Assembly (NCBI GenBank): GCA_913052135.1
Contig: CAJXDY010000004.1
Location: forward strand, 18,879-82,878
Reading direction: 5' to 3'
DNA length: 64,000 nucleotides
Origin: an uncultured Acidobacteriota bacterium
GTDB lineage: Bacteria > Acidobacteriota > Vicinamibacteria > Vicinamibacterales > UBA823
The position numbers and the translations under genes are program-made. Under the pieces are notes generated by a model. That model did no database searches and had not been told where the DNA came from. It saw only the letters and a list, made by a program, of their open reading frames with translations. The stretch's first letter is position 1, and each line of letters starts with the position of its first letter. Below, one piece after another: positions 40,391 to 51,748 of the stretch.

Positions 40391-41407
40391 ATGACGATCC
40401 GAGATAGTTCGTCGACACGCTCACGGCAACAAACAACTCTTGACTTACTTCAACGTCCTCGACGATTGAGGCGCACGGAAGCTCTGCGAACACTTGTTAG
40501 AGAAACACATTTGTCAGCAGACAATTTCATGTATCCATTGTTCGTCTGTGAGGGGACGAACGTCCGCGTGGAAGTACCGTCTATGCCCGGCGTATTCAAA
40601 TTGTCAGTCGATGAAGCAGTAAAAGAAACTGAGGCGGCGCTAAAGGATGGAGTGCGTTCGATTTTGCTCTTCGGAGTACCAGACAGTAAAGACGAAAGTG
40701 GTTCTGCAGCGTGGGCTCCAGAGAATCCTGTGCAAGTCGCAATCCGTGCGTTCAAGGAAAAAATCCCGCAAGTAATTCTAGCAAGTGATGTTTGTTTGTG
40801 CGGTTACACTTTGCATGGCCACTGTGGTGTGATCGTTGACGATGAGATTGCCAACGACGCTACTGTGGAACAGCTGGTACGCATAGCTATCTCACATGCT
40901 GAAGCTGGCGCAGACATTGTCGCACCATCCGACATGATGGATGGTCGCGTGAAAGCCATACGCCAAGCACTAGATAACCAAGGGTACGAGAATGTCGCGA
41001 TTATGTCCTATGCAGCTAAATACTGTTCTGCCTTTTATGGACCTTTCCGAGATGCTGTTAATTCATCACCGAGTTTTGGAGACCGACGAACGCATCAAAT
41101 GGATCCTGCAAACACAGAGGAAGCTCTTAAAGAAGTGGCTCTCGATTTAGAAGAGGGTGCAGACATCATCATGATTAAGCCAGCAGGACCGTATCTCGAT
41201 GTGATCGCGCGGATCAAGGCAGAATTCATGTGCCCGACCGCAGCTTATCAAGTGAGTGGCGAGTATGCGATGCTTAAAGCGGCGTCGCAGAACGGATGGT
41301 TAGAAGAGTCATCCGCCCTACTCGAATCTCTACTGGCGATAAAACGCGCTGGCGCAAACATTATCATCACCTATTATGCCCGTGAGGCAGCTCGACTCCT
41401 GCGCTAA
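40391..41407 (+). CDS. hemB: Porphobilinogen synthase (delta-aminolevulinate dehydratase), Zn-type
   Basis: Cys-rich metal site DVCLCGYTLHGHCG and active-site Lys regions. The ORF track starts at 40346; the ATG at 40391 avoids overlapping the upstream gene. Confidence 0.92.
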   Translation: MTIRDSSSTRSRQQTTLDLLQRPRRLRRTEALRTLVRETHLSADNFMYPLFVCEGTNVRVEVPSMPGVFKLSVDEAVKETEAALKDGVRSILLFGVPDSKDESGSAAWAPENPVQVAIRAFKEKIPQVILASDVCLCGYTLHGHCGVIVDDEIANDATVEQLVRIAISHAEAGADIVAPSDMMDGRVKAIRQALDNQGYENVAIMSYAAKYCSAFYGPFRDAVNSSPSFGDRRTHQMDPANTEEALKEVALDLEEGADIIMIKPAGPYLDVIARIKAEFMCPTAAYQVSGEYAMLKAASQNGWLEESSALLESLLAIKRAGANIIITYYAREAARLLR

Positions 41408-41504
41408 TAGAATGGGCCCGACGCTTCCTTCTTAAACCCTGAGGTGCTTGAAAACAGAGAGTTCCGACTCTCATTCGTGCGTCGAGACGTGATATCTTGA
41501 TCGC

Positions 41505-42800
41505 ATGCCTTCCGCTCGACAAACCTCCTCCCAAGCTTTTACACGTGCGCAACGAATCTTAGTCGGCGGGGTGAATAGTCCAGTCCGCGCATTCGCAGCC
41601 GTCAAGGGTCGACCTCCTTTCATCACTCGAGGTAAAGGTGCCCATCTTACTGACCAAGATGGTCGACGCTACCTAGATTACGTCATGTCGTGGGGCCCTC
41701 TTATCCATGGTCACGCACCTGCTGGATTAACACGTGCCTTGACTGCTGCCGCCGCGAAAGGCACCAGTTTCGGTGCCCCAACAATCCTAGAGACGACTCT
41801 CGCCGAACATGTGTGCGCATTAATACCCTCGGTTGAAAAGTTAAGGTTTGTCAATTCGGGAACTGAGGCCACAATGAGTGCGATTCGCGTTGCAAGAGCA
41901 GCTACCAAACGCGACAAGATTCTCAAATTCAAGGGTTGTTATCATGGACACACTGACTCTCTTCTCGTTGATGCAGGGTCCGGCGCACTCACACTCGGCA
42001 TACCTAGTAGCCCCGGTGTGCCAAAAGGTGTCGCCAGCGATACGCTAGTGGGCAATTACAATGACCTTGATTCCGTGAAGCACCTATTTCGAACGCATCG
42101 ACAGCAAATCGCAGCCGTTATTGTTGAGCCGATCGCTGGGAACATGGGAGTGGTGCCACCTGCTAGTGGTTTTTTGGAGGGCCTTCGAGAACTATGCAAT
42201 CAAAATGATAGTCTTCTAATCTTCGATGAGGTTATCTCTGGATTTCGAGTATCAAAGGGCGGCGCTCAATCGTTGCTCGCCGTACATCCTGATCTCACAT
42301 GCCTCGGTAAGATCATCGGGGGAGGCCTACCGGTTGGCGCCTACGGTGGCGCAGCAGAATTCATGTCTCTGGTAGCTCCGATGGGTGAGGTTTATCAGGC
42401 CGGAACGCTCTCCGGCAATCCACTCGCGATGACGGCGGGACTTTGGTCGCTCAAACGTCTCTCCAATGTTCTGTATCGGCGGCTAAGCCGTATGAGTGGG
42501 CGACTCACAACTGGTTTAACCAAAGCCGCCAAGGATGCAGGAGTGGACGTTCAAGTCAATAGCGCTGGATCGCTTCTGACACCGTTTTTCACGGCGAAAC
42601 CAGTGAATGATTATCATAGTGCGGTGGGAGCTAACACCAAAAAATACGCAGCATTCTTTCATGCGATGCTCGGTCAGGGTATCTATCCCCCACCTTCGCA
42701 ATTCGAAGCCTGGTTTCTTTCTGGAGCCCACACCGACCAAGATGTGGAACACACAATCAAAGCTTCTCAGAAAGCGATGCGTGCAGCTAAACGAGCGTAG
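41505..42800 (+). CDS. hemL: Glutamate-1-semialdehyde 2,1-aminomutase
   Basis: 431 aa with GGVNSPVRAF, DEVISGFR and the PLP-lysine region CLGKIIGGGLP. Confidence 0.93.
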   Translation: MPSARQTSSQAFTRAQRILVGGVNSPVRAFAAVKGRPPFITRGKGAHLTDQDGRRYLDYVMSWGPLIHGHAPAGLTRALTAAAAKGTSFGAPTILETTLAEHVCALIPSVEKLRFVNSGTEATMSAIRVARAATKRDKILKFKGCYHGHTDSLLVDAGSGALTLGIPSSPGVPKGVASDTLVGNYNDLDSVKHLFRTHRQQIAAVIVEPIAGNMGVVPPASGFLEGLRELCNQNDSLLIFDEVISGFRVSKGGAQSLLAVHPDLTCLGKIIGGGLPVGAYGGAAEFMSLVAPMGEVYQAGTLSGNPLAMTAGLWSLKRLSNVLYRRLSRMSGRLTTGLTKAAKDAGVDVQVNSAGSLLTPFFTAKPVNDYHSAVGANTKKYAAFFHAMLGQGIYPPPSQFEAWFLSGAHTDQDVEHTIKASQKAMRAAKRA

Positions 42801-42937
42801 TGGTCACAACCATGAGACCGCTCAGCCAGCGCATGAAGTTGTAATCTAACGTCAGAGTATCTTCAGGCCGTCTTCACCAGGAGCTTCAAGCTTAACCCTT
42901 TGCAGAGTGACAATTTAGAGGAAAAGGCTGCAATGGT

Positions 42938-44194
42938 ATGATTCTTAACGTGACTGAACTCAAGCTGCATCGAACCATCGGCGTCTCGGTTGGCGACGTG
43001 CAAATTGGCGGTGGCGCCCCCATTGCAGTTCAGTCGATGACGAGCACAGACACGGCTAACATAGCTGCTACAGCTGAACAAAGCATGGAGCTGGCGCAAG
43101 CAGGATCGGAGCTCGTGCGAATTACCGTAAATGTCCCTCCTGCAGCTCTGGCCGTACCTGAAATTAAACGTCGTCTGAAGCAAGAGGGCTTCACAACGCC
43201 CCTTATAGGCGACTTCCATTACAACGGTCACCAATTATTAGCTCGTTACCCTGAGTGCGCCCGTGCGCTTGATAAATATCGAATTAACCCGGGAAACGTT
43301 GGCACCGGTGATCGCCGAGACGAACAATTCACGGCCATTTGTAAAATCGCCAAAAACCATGGAAAGGCGATTCGCATTGGAGTAAATGGTGGTTCGCTTG
43401 ACCAAGAATTGGTTACAGCCAAAATGCAGGAAAACACAGTTCGAGATCTTGGCCAGTCGTCAGAGGAAATCATTAACGAATGTATGGTGGTCTCTGCCGT
43501 ACGATCAACTGAACTCGCAATAGCTGCAGGGTTGAAACAGGATCAGATCATTATTTCTTGCAAAGTGTCTCGACCGCGTGACCTGTGTAGTATTTACCGA
43601 ACCCTCTCAAAAAAGACTGATCAACCATTACATCTTGGACTAACCGAAGCGGGGATGGGCATTCGAGGTCTCGTGTGGTCGGCGTCGACAATGGGCATCC
43701 TTTTGCAAGAAGGAATTGGCGACACCATTCGGGTCTCACTCACTCCGAAGCCTAATGGCGACCGTCGCGAAGAGGTTTATGCTGCGTGCGAACTATTACA
43801 GGCGCTTGGACTTCGTTCATTCGCACCGAGCGTAACGGCCTGCCCAGGATGCGGACGAACTACCAGCACGACGTTTCAAGCCCTTGCTGAATGTATTCAG
43901 GATTACGTACGTACAATGATGCCAGAATGGAAACTGAAATTTGAAGGAGCTGAAACTTTGACATTGGCTGTGATGGGGTGTGTCGTTAACGGACCAGGCG
44001 AATCGAAGGCAGCAAACATTGGGATTAGTCTTCCTGGAACGGGCGAGGCTCCAACGTGCCCAGTCTACGTCGATGGTCAACATGTCACAACACTGCGTGG
44101 GGAACACAATGAATTATTCGATCAGTTTAAACACTTGATCGACGATTACGTCGTGACACACTACATTAAGAAAAACGCTCACGCCCAATCCTAG
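42938..44194 (+). CDS. ispG: 4-hydroxy-3-methylbut-2-enyl diphosphate synthase
   Basis: 418 aa with GGGAPIAVQSMTSTDT and the 4Fe-4S cysteine motifs ACPGCGRT and GCVVNGPGE. Confidence 0.92.
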   Translation: MILNVTELKLHRTIGVSVGDVQIGGGAPIAVQSMTSTDTANIAATAEQSMELAQAGSELVRITVNVPPAALAVPEIKRRLKQEGFTTPLIGDFHYNGHQLLARYPECARALDKYRINPGNVGTGDRRDEQFTAICKIAKNHGKAIRIGVNGGSLDQELVTAKMQENTVRDLGQSSEEIINECMVVSAVRSTELAIAAGLKQDQIIISCKVSRPRDLCSIYRTLSKKTDQPLHLGLTEAGMGIRGLVWSASTMGILLQEGIGDTIRVSLTPKPNGDRREEVYAACELLQALGLRSFAPSVTACPGCGRTTSTTFQALAECIQDYVRTMMPEWKLKFEGAETLTLAVMGCVVNGPGESKAANIGISLPGTGEAPTCPVYVDGQHVTTLRGEHNELFDQFKHLIDDYVVTHYIKKNAHAQS

Positions 44195-44229
44195 TAATAA
44201 TTTTCTCTCGACTTTTTTCGTTTCCAATA

Positions 44230-45069
44230 ATGGCTATTCGGCTTATCGCGATCGATATTGATGGCACACTAACCAACAGTCACGGTGAAATACCCCGGGT
44301 GAACCACCTTGCCATTAACCATGCTCTGGACCGCGGGATTAAAATCGCACTAGCTACGGGACGATCTTTTCACCACACGCGTTTAATCTCTGACAATCTG
44401 CACCACTCGGTAAAGCTTATCCTGAATAATGGTGCACTTATTAAGTCCTCGAGTGGTGAAACACTTGAACGCTGTGTTATACCCAAGGCTACAGCCGCTT
44501 ACATCATTGAAGCGACGCGTGCAGCACGTGAGGGCGTGTTAATGATGTTTGACGAGCCCGAAAAATACGAACTTGTAGCTGAAGGGATTGATTGGAATCA
44601 CCCAAATCGACAGACCTACTACGAACTGCATCAATCAATTATTCTAGAAGTTGACTCGTTACTCGACGCATTATCACATGATCCGATCCAAGTAAGTTTC
44701 AATGGTAGCGTTGACGCCATGCGCGCACTGGCCGAAGTATTGACTAGCTTACCTAGAGCACGCGAATTTTCACACACCCTCACCGAGTACGTACATCGAG
44801 ATTTTTCACTCCTGGACGTCCTGCCGGCTGGATGCTCGAAAGGCGCAACACTGCAGCGCTTAGCGAAACGGCTTGCGATAAGTCGAGACGAAATTATGGC
44901 AATTGGTGACAACCTGAATGATCGTGACATGCTCGAATTCGCGGGACTAGCGATTGTTATGGGTAACGCCGTCCCAGAGCTGAAAGCACGTGGCTGGCCA
45001 GTCACCGGCAATCACGATGACGGTGGACTCGCAACAGCTATGGAACAGTTTGTCTTTCAATCCATGTGA
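44230..45069 (+). CDS. Cof-type HAD-IIB phosphatase
   Basis: 279 aa with IAIDIDGTL and GDNLNDRDML. Confidence 0.8.
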   Translation: MAIRLIAIDIDGTLTNSHGEIPRVNHLAINHALDRGIKIALATGRSFHHTRLISDNLHHSVKLILNNGALIKSSSGETLERCVIPKATAAYIIEATRAAREGVLMMFDEPEKYELVAEGIDWNHPNRQTYYELHQSIILEVDSLLDALSHDPIQVSFNGSVDAMRALAEVLTSLPRAREFSHTLTEYVHRDFSLLDVLPAGCSKGATLQRLAKRLAISRDEIMAIGDNLNDRDMLEFAGLAIVMGNAVPELKARGWPVTGNHDDGGLATAMEQFVFQSM

Positions 45070-45084
45070 GTCCCAAGTACAAGA

Positions 45085-46458
45085 TCAGGATTTATGAACA
45101 TCACTTGGTAGCCAGTTAGCTAATCCTCTGTCGCGCTTAGTCCAAACTGCCAACAGGATCAGAGCCACAACAGTTAATCCTGTTGAGAGTCCAATCCATA
45201 ACCCAATGACACCAACACCCCATAGGAAGCAGAGGCTATACCCCAAGGGAAGACCCAGACACCAGTGACCAGCCAAGTTCCAAAACATCGGCGTCCGCGT
45301 GTCCCCTACCCCTCGAAACACACCGGTTAATACACCTTGCAGACCATCGACCATCTGCATGATCGCGGCCACAAACAGCAGCGAAACTCCCGTTGTGATC
45401 ACAGCAGCATCAGTTGTGAATAAACGCATTAATGGTGCCGGCACCAATAGAAACAGTGCAGCTGCACCAGCCATGAAAACAACGCCCAGCATTACAGCTG
45501 TCCATGCAGCACGACTAGCCCCGGCAGGATCAATGCGACCAACCGCGTGACCGACTCGAACCGCAGCTGCTGACGCCATGCCCAAGGGAACCATAAACGT
45601 AATACTCGCCATATTCAGTACAATTTGATGCGCGGCAAGCGCTATGGGGGGCAACTTTCCAGCAAGAGCAGTGGAAGCTGAAAACACACCAACTTCGAGT
45701 GTAACCTGTATGGCCACAGGTAAACCGAGCCTCAACAACTGCCACATCCGGTGAAGCTCGATGCGGAACGCCGTTTGCCTAAATAGATGCCCACTCTTGG
45801 CATCATGGAGGAAAACCGCAACCACGAGGCTAATTGCCATATACAAACGCGAGATACAAGTCGCCCAGCCAGCCCCATTTACGCCAAGTGCGGGAGCGCC
45901 GAAGTGACCATGAATCAGAACCCAGTTTGCGAGGATGTTGATCGCGTTTGCGCTCAACAAGGTAAACATGATGGGTTTCACAACTCCCATCGCTTGCAAA
46001 TAACGGCGAAGGGCTACGTACAGTAATAACGGCCATGTACTCCAAGTGATGATCTCAAGATAAGGACCGGTCAATCGCAAAACCTCAGCGCTAAATCCCC
46101 ACAAATCTAGAAATGGTAGGCCGAGCCAAACCAAGAGCATTAATGGCAGCGCCAGGCACACGCTCATCACGACGCCGTGCAACAACCATCGGCGACATTC
46201 ATCAAGTTTCTTGGCACCGAAAGCTTGTGGAATTAAACTGTCAAGCCCTAGCAATATCCCTATACCAAACACTGCCAACGCCAAAAAAAGCATGCTTCCC
46301 ACGCCTACAGCGCCAATCGATTCAGGTCCAAGTGGTCCTACCATCAGGATATCGACCGTGCTCATACTCATCCATCCAAGCTCGGTCAGAACCATCGGCA
46401 CAGCCAGAGCAAGCATCGGTCTTATTTCCGATCGCAAGTGATGAGGAAGTGGATTCAT
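45085..46458 (-). CDS. MATE-family efflux transporter
   Basis: 457 aa with 12 predicted TM segments. The N-terminal region LALAVPMVLTELGWMSMSTVD is typical of MATE. Confidence 0.8.
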   Translation of the reverse strand: MNPLPHHLRSEIRPMLALAVPMVLTELGWMSMSTVDILMVGPLGPESIGAVGVGSMLFLALAVFGIGILLGLDSLIPQAFGAKKLDECRRWLLHGVVMSVCLALPLMLLVWLGLPFLDLWGFSAEVLRLTGPYLEIITWSTWPLLLYVALRRYLQAMGVVKPIMFTLLSANAINILANWVLIHGHFGAPALGVNGAGWATCISRLYMAISLVVAVFLHDAKSGHLFRQTAFRIELHRMWQLLRLGLPVAIQVTLEVGVFSASTALAGKLPPIALAAHQIVLNMASITFMVPLGMASAAAVRVGHAVGRIDPAGASRAAWTAVMLGVVFMAGAAALFLLVPAPLMRLFTTDAAVITTGVSLLFVAAIMQMVDGLQGVLTGVFRGVGDTRTPMFWNLAGHWCLGLPLGYSLCFLWGVGVIGLWIGLSTGLTVVALILLAVWTKRDRGLANWLPSDVHKS

Positions 46459-46634
46459 TGGCTAATGGCCTACTGCGCTACTTTTGCACTTTCCGACTGA
46501 TCGAATGGAACAACCGTGGCCCACAATGCTTGGCACTGCCAGCTACCGCTGGTCGCTCTTAAGATGCTGACACAACTTGCGGGCGTGATTAACGGATGTT
46601 TTTTTGGCCGTAACGTGATTGGAGTCGATAAAAA

Positions 46635-48218
46635 CTATCCACCTGAACGCGAGGGCATGTCTGATTCTTCAAGTCTGGGTAACAATTCCTCACGCATAGC
46701 TAGATGGTAAACCGATGCCGCAATCGAGATGGCAGATTTTATGGCATCCGCTTCAATGACTCGTTCGAACGTATCCAAGTTCGTATGCCAAGTATAAGTA
46801 CCATACTGAATGGGGTCCTGCCGCATCCCAATCCCAGGTAAGCCAGCTTCGTTAAACGACGTGTGATCGGAACCACCTCGGCGACGGCTTACCGTTGCCC
46901 TCACACCCACAACTCCCAGATCTTGAAAGGGTAAAAGTGCTGTGCGGAGTATGTCAGCAGCCTCTTTCGGTCCAAACACCTGCGCAGCGCGAACTCGTCC
47001 TGTACCTGAGTCGATATTAAAGTACCCACCGAACTTGCCATATGCCGGCGTCGGTTGTTCAAAAGTACCAAAATGCTTTTCAACATACGCCTGTGAACCT
47101 AGCAGCCCTTGCTCTTCACCACTCCACAGTGCTACTCGAATAGTACGGCGTGGTGCTGAGCCAATGGCCTGCAAAATACGAGCTGCCTCCATCATGACAG
47201 CACTACCAATTCCATTGTCAGTAGCACCAGTGGCTGCATGCCAAGAGTCGAGGTGTCCGCCCAACATGATTACTTCGTCCGCCTTATCTGTTCCAGGAAT
47301 TTCAGCGATGGCATTGTACGAAGTGCTTCCCTCTGGATACCAGCGATTGACTATATTGAACTCAAGCGAAACAGCATCATGCTCCAATAATCTCGTAATA
47401 CGACCAAAGTCCTCGTTCCGCATAATGACGGTCGGCAAGGCCTGTTCAGGATCATACGTACGATTCGAGAAGGCTCTAATTTGCCCGTGATCTCGACCGG
47501 CATCGTTCACCTGCACCAATGCATCGCTACTCCGTAAAAATCTTGCTACCCGCTGGGCGACTTCTCGAGCCGATAGGACGTCCGTGTCCGCTGACGTCGA
47601 TTGACGCCGCGGACTGACTTGCGTAGAAGGATTATTACCCTCTGGATTGTAATCCGCTCGGAGTGTTGACTCCTCACGACGCCGAGCACTCCCAGCCAAC
47701 GTAACCGGCACCAACCGGTGCTCTCCAAAAAGTACGATCTTTCCAGCAACAGCATCCTGGACCGAGTCAAGGTACGTCGACAATTCCTCTTCAGTCGGGC
47801 GAAGCGGTGGACGAAGCTGGTACACATCTCCCTTTACAGTACCTTCAGTGCTCGGGGTCCATGCTAGCACCTCACAGACAAGGTGATCTTTAACAGGTGA
47901 GACGATATGAGCCGTAAGTCGTTCATTGAGCCAGCCCGGATGACCGAAGTCCCAAGCTTCAAGATGGCCATTTTGGAGACCCCACTCTTCAAGCTGATCC
48001 ACAGCCCACTGCGCTGCTGCTTCAAGATTAGGGGAACCGGTTAAGCGTGGGCCGTAAACATCCGTTAGATAGTGTAAGGTTTGAAGAATTTGTGAATTCG
48101 CTGTGCCTTCCTGACGAATCCGCCAGTTAACCTCAGCATCAACAGGTTCGTCGGCAGCAGTTGGCATAACTCCCAACCAGAGTGCAAATAGTACAGCAAA
48201 CACGATGCGACTTCTCAT
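46635..48218 (-). CDS. Secreted M28-family metallopeptidase
   Basis: Signal peptide [22 protein letters not shown]; the ORF track starts 10 codons earlier. Zn-site region [19 protein letters not shown] and [11 protein letters not shown]. Confidence 0.8.
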   Translation of the reverse strand: MRSRIVFAVLFALWLGVMPTAADEPVDAEVNWRIRQEGTANSQILQTLHYLTDVYGPRLTGSPNLEAAAQWAVDQLEEWGLQNGHLEAWDFGHPGWLNERLTAHIVSPVKDHLVCEVLAWTPSTEGTVKGDVYQLRPPLRPTEEELSTYLDSVQDAVAGKIVLFGEHRLVPVTLAGSARRREESTLRADYNPEGNNPSTQVSPRRQSTSADTDVLSAREVAQRVARFLRSSDALVQVNDAGRDHGQIRAFSNRTYDPEQALPTVIMRNEDFGRITRLLEHDAVSLEFNIVNRWYPEGSTSYNAIAEIPGTDKADEVIMLGGHLDSWHAATGATDNGIGSAVMMEAARILQAIGSAPRRTIRVALWSGEEQGLLGSQAYVEKHFGTFEQPTPAYGKFGGYFNIDSGTGRVRAAQVFGPKEAADILRTALLPFQDLGVVGVRATVSRRRGGSDHTSFNEAGLPGIGMRQDPIQYGTYTWHTNLDTFERVIEADAIKSAISIAASVYHLAMREELLPRLEESDMPSRSGG

Positions 48219-48237
48219 TAGGACCTCGCTATCATCA

Positions 48238-49554
48238 CTATAAGCCAAGCCACTCTCCCCAATTTATTCGTGTTAAGTCGTTGTAGATCACGGTGACCAT
48301 TAACATCAAAAGTACGACAAACCCGGCCAATTGAATTTTCTCCTTGATTCGAACACTGAAATCTCGACGAGAGAGTCCTTCAAGAGCCATGATGAAAATA
48401 TGCCCACCATCCAACACGGGAATAGGTAAAAGATTCAATATACCCAAATTCAAACTAATCATAGCCATTAACGTAAAGAGGGCAACCATACCTATCTGGG
48501 CCGCACCTCCAGAGAGCTGAGCGATTCCCAACGGCCCAACTAATTGCTTCGGAGAGGTTTCGCTTGTTAATAATCCACCAAGAGTTTGAAAGATTAATCC
48601 AGACCATGCGTAGTTCTTCTCAAAACTCATCTGGATTGCTTGTAGCGGTCCCGGCTCAATAGTTCTTACTTCAAATGGACTCAGTTCGACACCGATCAAG
48701 CCCACGTTGCCACGCAAGGCAGGGGTTACCTCAATTTTGAGCGTCTGGCCACCGCGAACAACTGTCAACATTAAAGCTACGTCAGCATTTGCATTAATGG
48801 TTTCTACGAATGGGTTATCTCGTGTGATCGGTTCACCATTGACTGCTGTAATGACATCGCGTGGTCTGATGCCGGCGAGGTCCGCTGGATCACCAGTCAT
48901 CACATTGAGAATTTGCGGCTGCATAATCGGCACTACGCCCAAGTCACCTACCTGGAACTGTGTCTGAGCCTCTGGTGTAACCTGAATCGTCACCTCCTGC
49001 AGGCCACGCCTGAGCACAACTTCAAGTTCACGTTCAGCCCTCGGCATCACTGTGACAAACAGCTCCTCCCAAGTCTGAACAGGTCGACCGCCAATTCTAA
49101 GAATTAGATCACCAACACGAATTCCACTTTGTTCAGCCGGCGAAGCTTCCATGACGTACCCAACGATGGGAGGTTGCTCCTCGTAGGCGGGCAGATCCGC
49201 ACCTTGATACAACACCACAGCCATAACGACGAACGCCAGGATGATATTCATGGTGGGACCCATGATGAGAACCTGGAAACGTTCCCATTTCGTTTTCGAG
49301 AGAAACTCGTCGTCGGCTCCTGATCGAACATCATCAGGATTCTCGCCGGCCATCTTCACATAGCCACCGAGAGGAATCGCACTAATACAGTAGTCCGTAT
49401 CACCACGTCTTACGGTAAGGAGCTTTGGTCCAAATCCCAATGAAAAGGTCAACACCCTTATCCCGATCCTTCTGGCCATCAGGTAATGACCCATCTCGTG
49501 CACGAACACCAACACGCCAATTACGAACGTGAATGCCGCAATACTTGTCAGCAA
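48238..49554 (-). CDS. rseP: Site-2 protease RseP (M50 family)
   Basis: 438 aa with HEMGHY (HExxH), PDZ region(s) and a C-terminal [12 protein letters not shown]. Confidence 0.9.
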   Translation of the reverse strand: MLTSIAAFTFVIGVLVFVHEMGHYLMARRIGIRVLTFSLGFGPKLLTVRRGDTDYCISAIPLGGYVKMAGENPDDVRSGADDEFLSKTKWERFQVLIMGPTMNIILAFVVMAVVLYQGADLPAYEEQPPIVGYVMEASPAEQSGIRVGDLILRIGGRPVQTWEELFVTVMPRAERELEVVLRRGLQEVTIQVTPEAQTQFQVGDLGVVPIMQPQILNVMTGDPADLAGIRPRDVITAVNGEPITRDNPFVETINANADVALMLTVVRGGQTLKIEVTPALRGNVGLIGVELSPFEVRTIEPGPLQAIQMSFEKNYAWSGLIFQTLGGLLTSETSPKQLVGPLGIAQLSGGAAQIGMVALFTLMAMISLNLGILNLLPIPVLDGGHIFIMALEGLSRRDFSVRIKEKIQLAGFVVLLMLMVTVIYNDLTRINWGEWLGL

Positions 49555-49653
49555 AATTCTTACCCTCGCGTCCTAAAAATTATGTGCGACCGATCACTGC
49601 GTCATTCAGTTGCAACCCGCGGATCGAGCACACCGGTCTGTATAGCTTTGCAC

Positions 49654-50838
49654 CTACTGCTTTGATTCTAACTCGGTCACCTGCTCATTGGAAAAATCCC
49701 GAGCCCAGCGATCAATTTCCCGTACGTCACCAACCGTACGGATGTTCATTGGTGACATCAGATCACGAGCATCGAGAGTTCGTTCAATGATGGTCGGAAT
49801 GTGCAAAAAAGCCAATTCACCGTTGAGAAACGCCTCTACAGCGACTTCATTGGCGGCATTCAAGGCGATTGATAACTCCGCTTTACCCTTTAAAGCGCGA
49901 TAAGCGAGTTTAAGACAAGGGAAATGCGTGTGATCCGGGTGCTGGAACTGCAGTGTTTCGCAACGGGCAAGGTCGAGTCCTGGCAGATGTCCATCCCAAC
50001 GTTCCGGGTAGGACAAAGCGTATTGGATAGGCAATCGCATGTCGGCAATACCCAGTTGAGCAATTACTGATCCGTCACGAAACTCCACCATTGAATGAAC
50101 GATCGACTGAGGATGTATAAGGACGTCGATGTTGTTCGGTTGCACTCCAAAGAGCCAGTGCGCTTCAATGACTTCAAGTCCCTTGTTCATCATCGTGGCT
50201 GAATCAATGGTGATCTTCGCCCCCATGGTCCATGTGGGATGACGAAGCGCATCTTCTGGAGTCACGTCTTGCAGCGCGGTGCCCGACTGACCTCGAAAAG
50301 GTCCACCGGACGCTGTCAAAATTAAGCGCTTGATATCTGCATCAGCCTGGCCTTGCAGGCATTGATGAATAGCACTGTGTTCACTATCCACAGGCAGTAT
50401 GGAGACTTGCCGTTGGCGCGCCAGCTCGGTCACAAGACCTCCAGCCATCACTAACACTTCCTTATTTGCCAGCGCAATCGTTTTTCCCGCATCGATGGCC
50501 ATTAACACAGCCTCAAGTGCTGCCGTACCCGAGGATGCACATAAGACAACATCGGCGTCCGGGTGAGTTGCCACTGCAATTAATCCTTCCGTCCCGAACG
50601 AAGCTGACTTCACATCTATATCTGCCCCCTGAAGCCGATTCTGTACGCTGGTGAGGGCCCCTAGAGTTGCCATGGCAATGGCACTGGGCTTAAATTTCTC
50701 AACCTGATCTGAAAAACGCTCGACATTTTCCCCAGCGGCAAGTCCAACCACGCATAGTTTTTCGCTATGCGCACTAACCACATCAAGTGCACTCGTGCCC
50801 ACTGATCCCGTTGAGCCCAAGATGGCAACGTGTTTCAT
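49654..50838 (-). CDS. dxr: 1-deoxy-D-xylulose 5-phosphate reductoisomerase
   Basis: 394 aa with ILGSTGSVGTSALDV and LPVDSEHSAI. Confidence 0.93.
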   Translation of the reverse strand: MKHVAILGSTGSVGTSALDVVSAHSEKLCVVGLAAGENVERFSDQVEKFKPSAIAMATLGALTSVQNRLQGADIDVKSASFGTEGLIAVATHPDADVVLCASSGTAALEAVLMAIDAGKTIALANKEVLVMAGGLVTELARQRQVSILPVDSEHSAIHQCLQGQADADIKRLILTASGGPFRGQSGTALQDVTPEDALRHPTWTMGAKITIDSATMMNKGLEVIEAHWLFGVQPNNIDVLIHPQSIVHSMVEFRDGSVIAQLGIADMRLPIQYALSYPERWDGHLPGLDLARCETLQFQHPDHTHFPCLKLAYRALKGKAELSIALNAANEVAVEAFLNGELAFLHIPTIIERTLDARDLMSPMNIRTVGDVREIDRWARDFSNEQVTELESKQ

Positions 50839-50848
50839 TCACACTTCC

Positions 50849-51649
50849 TTACAGCGTACCCAAAATCAGGTAATAAAGTGGCACCGCAAACAAGAAACTA
50901 TCAAGACGATCAAGCACACCCCCATGTCCAGGAATCAACGAAGAGACATCCTTAACTCTAGCTGCGCGCTTCAGGGAAGACTCAAATAGATCTCCAACAA
51001 TACCTGCGCTAACCAATCCAAGTCCAAACAATATGCGAAGCCACCAAACAGCGTTTGGCAGCCACCACGCCCCTATAATTGTAAAAACCAGCGTTCCGGC
51101 AGCTACACCTAGCAGTGCACCCTCAACGGTCTTTTTCGGACTGATGATGGGTGCCAATAGTCGTTGTCCGAACATTCGACCCCCGTAGTACTGTGTGGTA
51201 TCGCTCGCAACAAGCGTCGCCAGGATAAGAAGTGCCGCCTCGGGCCCAACCATTGTTCGTATCGCTACGAATGACCCAATGGGTAATCCAAGATAGAGTG
51301 GCGCAAACATGATGGCTACCAAAGCATACCAACGCTCATCGTGCCGTAAAGATTGACGAGTCAACGCAATAGAACCTATTGCAAACGTTGTAGCCATGAC
51401 CGCCGCGGTCGACATCTCAACCCTCGCAAAAGCAACTAACGCACTAGTTGCTAGCGTGGCCGTTATGATTAACAACCTGACCAACAAAGTTAGCAAGCGA
51501 GTACTAAGATTAAAAGTGAGTCTGCAGTATTCCATCCCGGCAATAACCAAGACGATCCCAGCCAGTACGAATATGCCTTCTACTGACAGCCACCATGTTG
51601 CACCAACAACGATAGCAATCATGACTACACCACTAAGGACGCGAGCCAT
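50849..51649 (-). CDS. cdsA: Phosphatidate cytidylyltransferase
   Basis: 266 aa with FESSLKRAARVKDVSSLIPGHGGVLDRLDS. Confidence 0.9.
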   Translation of the reverse strand: MARVLSGVVMIAIVVGATWWLSVEGIFVLAGIVLVIAGMEYCRLTFNLSTRLLTLLVRLLIITATLATSALVAFARVEMSTAAVMATTFAIGSIALTRQSLRHDERWYALVAIMFAPLYLGLPIGSFVAIRTMVGPEAALLILATLVASDTTQYYGGRMFGQRLLAPIISPKKTVEGALLGVAAGTLVFTIIGAWWLPNAVWWLRILFGLGLVSAGIVGDLFESSLKRAARVKDVSSLIPGHGGVLDRLDSFLFAVPLYYLILGTL

Positions 51650-51748
51650 TTAAAGTGACCCTCCACGGGCAACGACAGTGCGATTCGATTCGTCGTAGCG
51701 TATTTGCATGAACTTGGATTCCGGGCTTATCGCTTTCCCTGGCCACCT

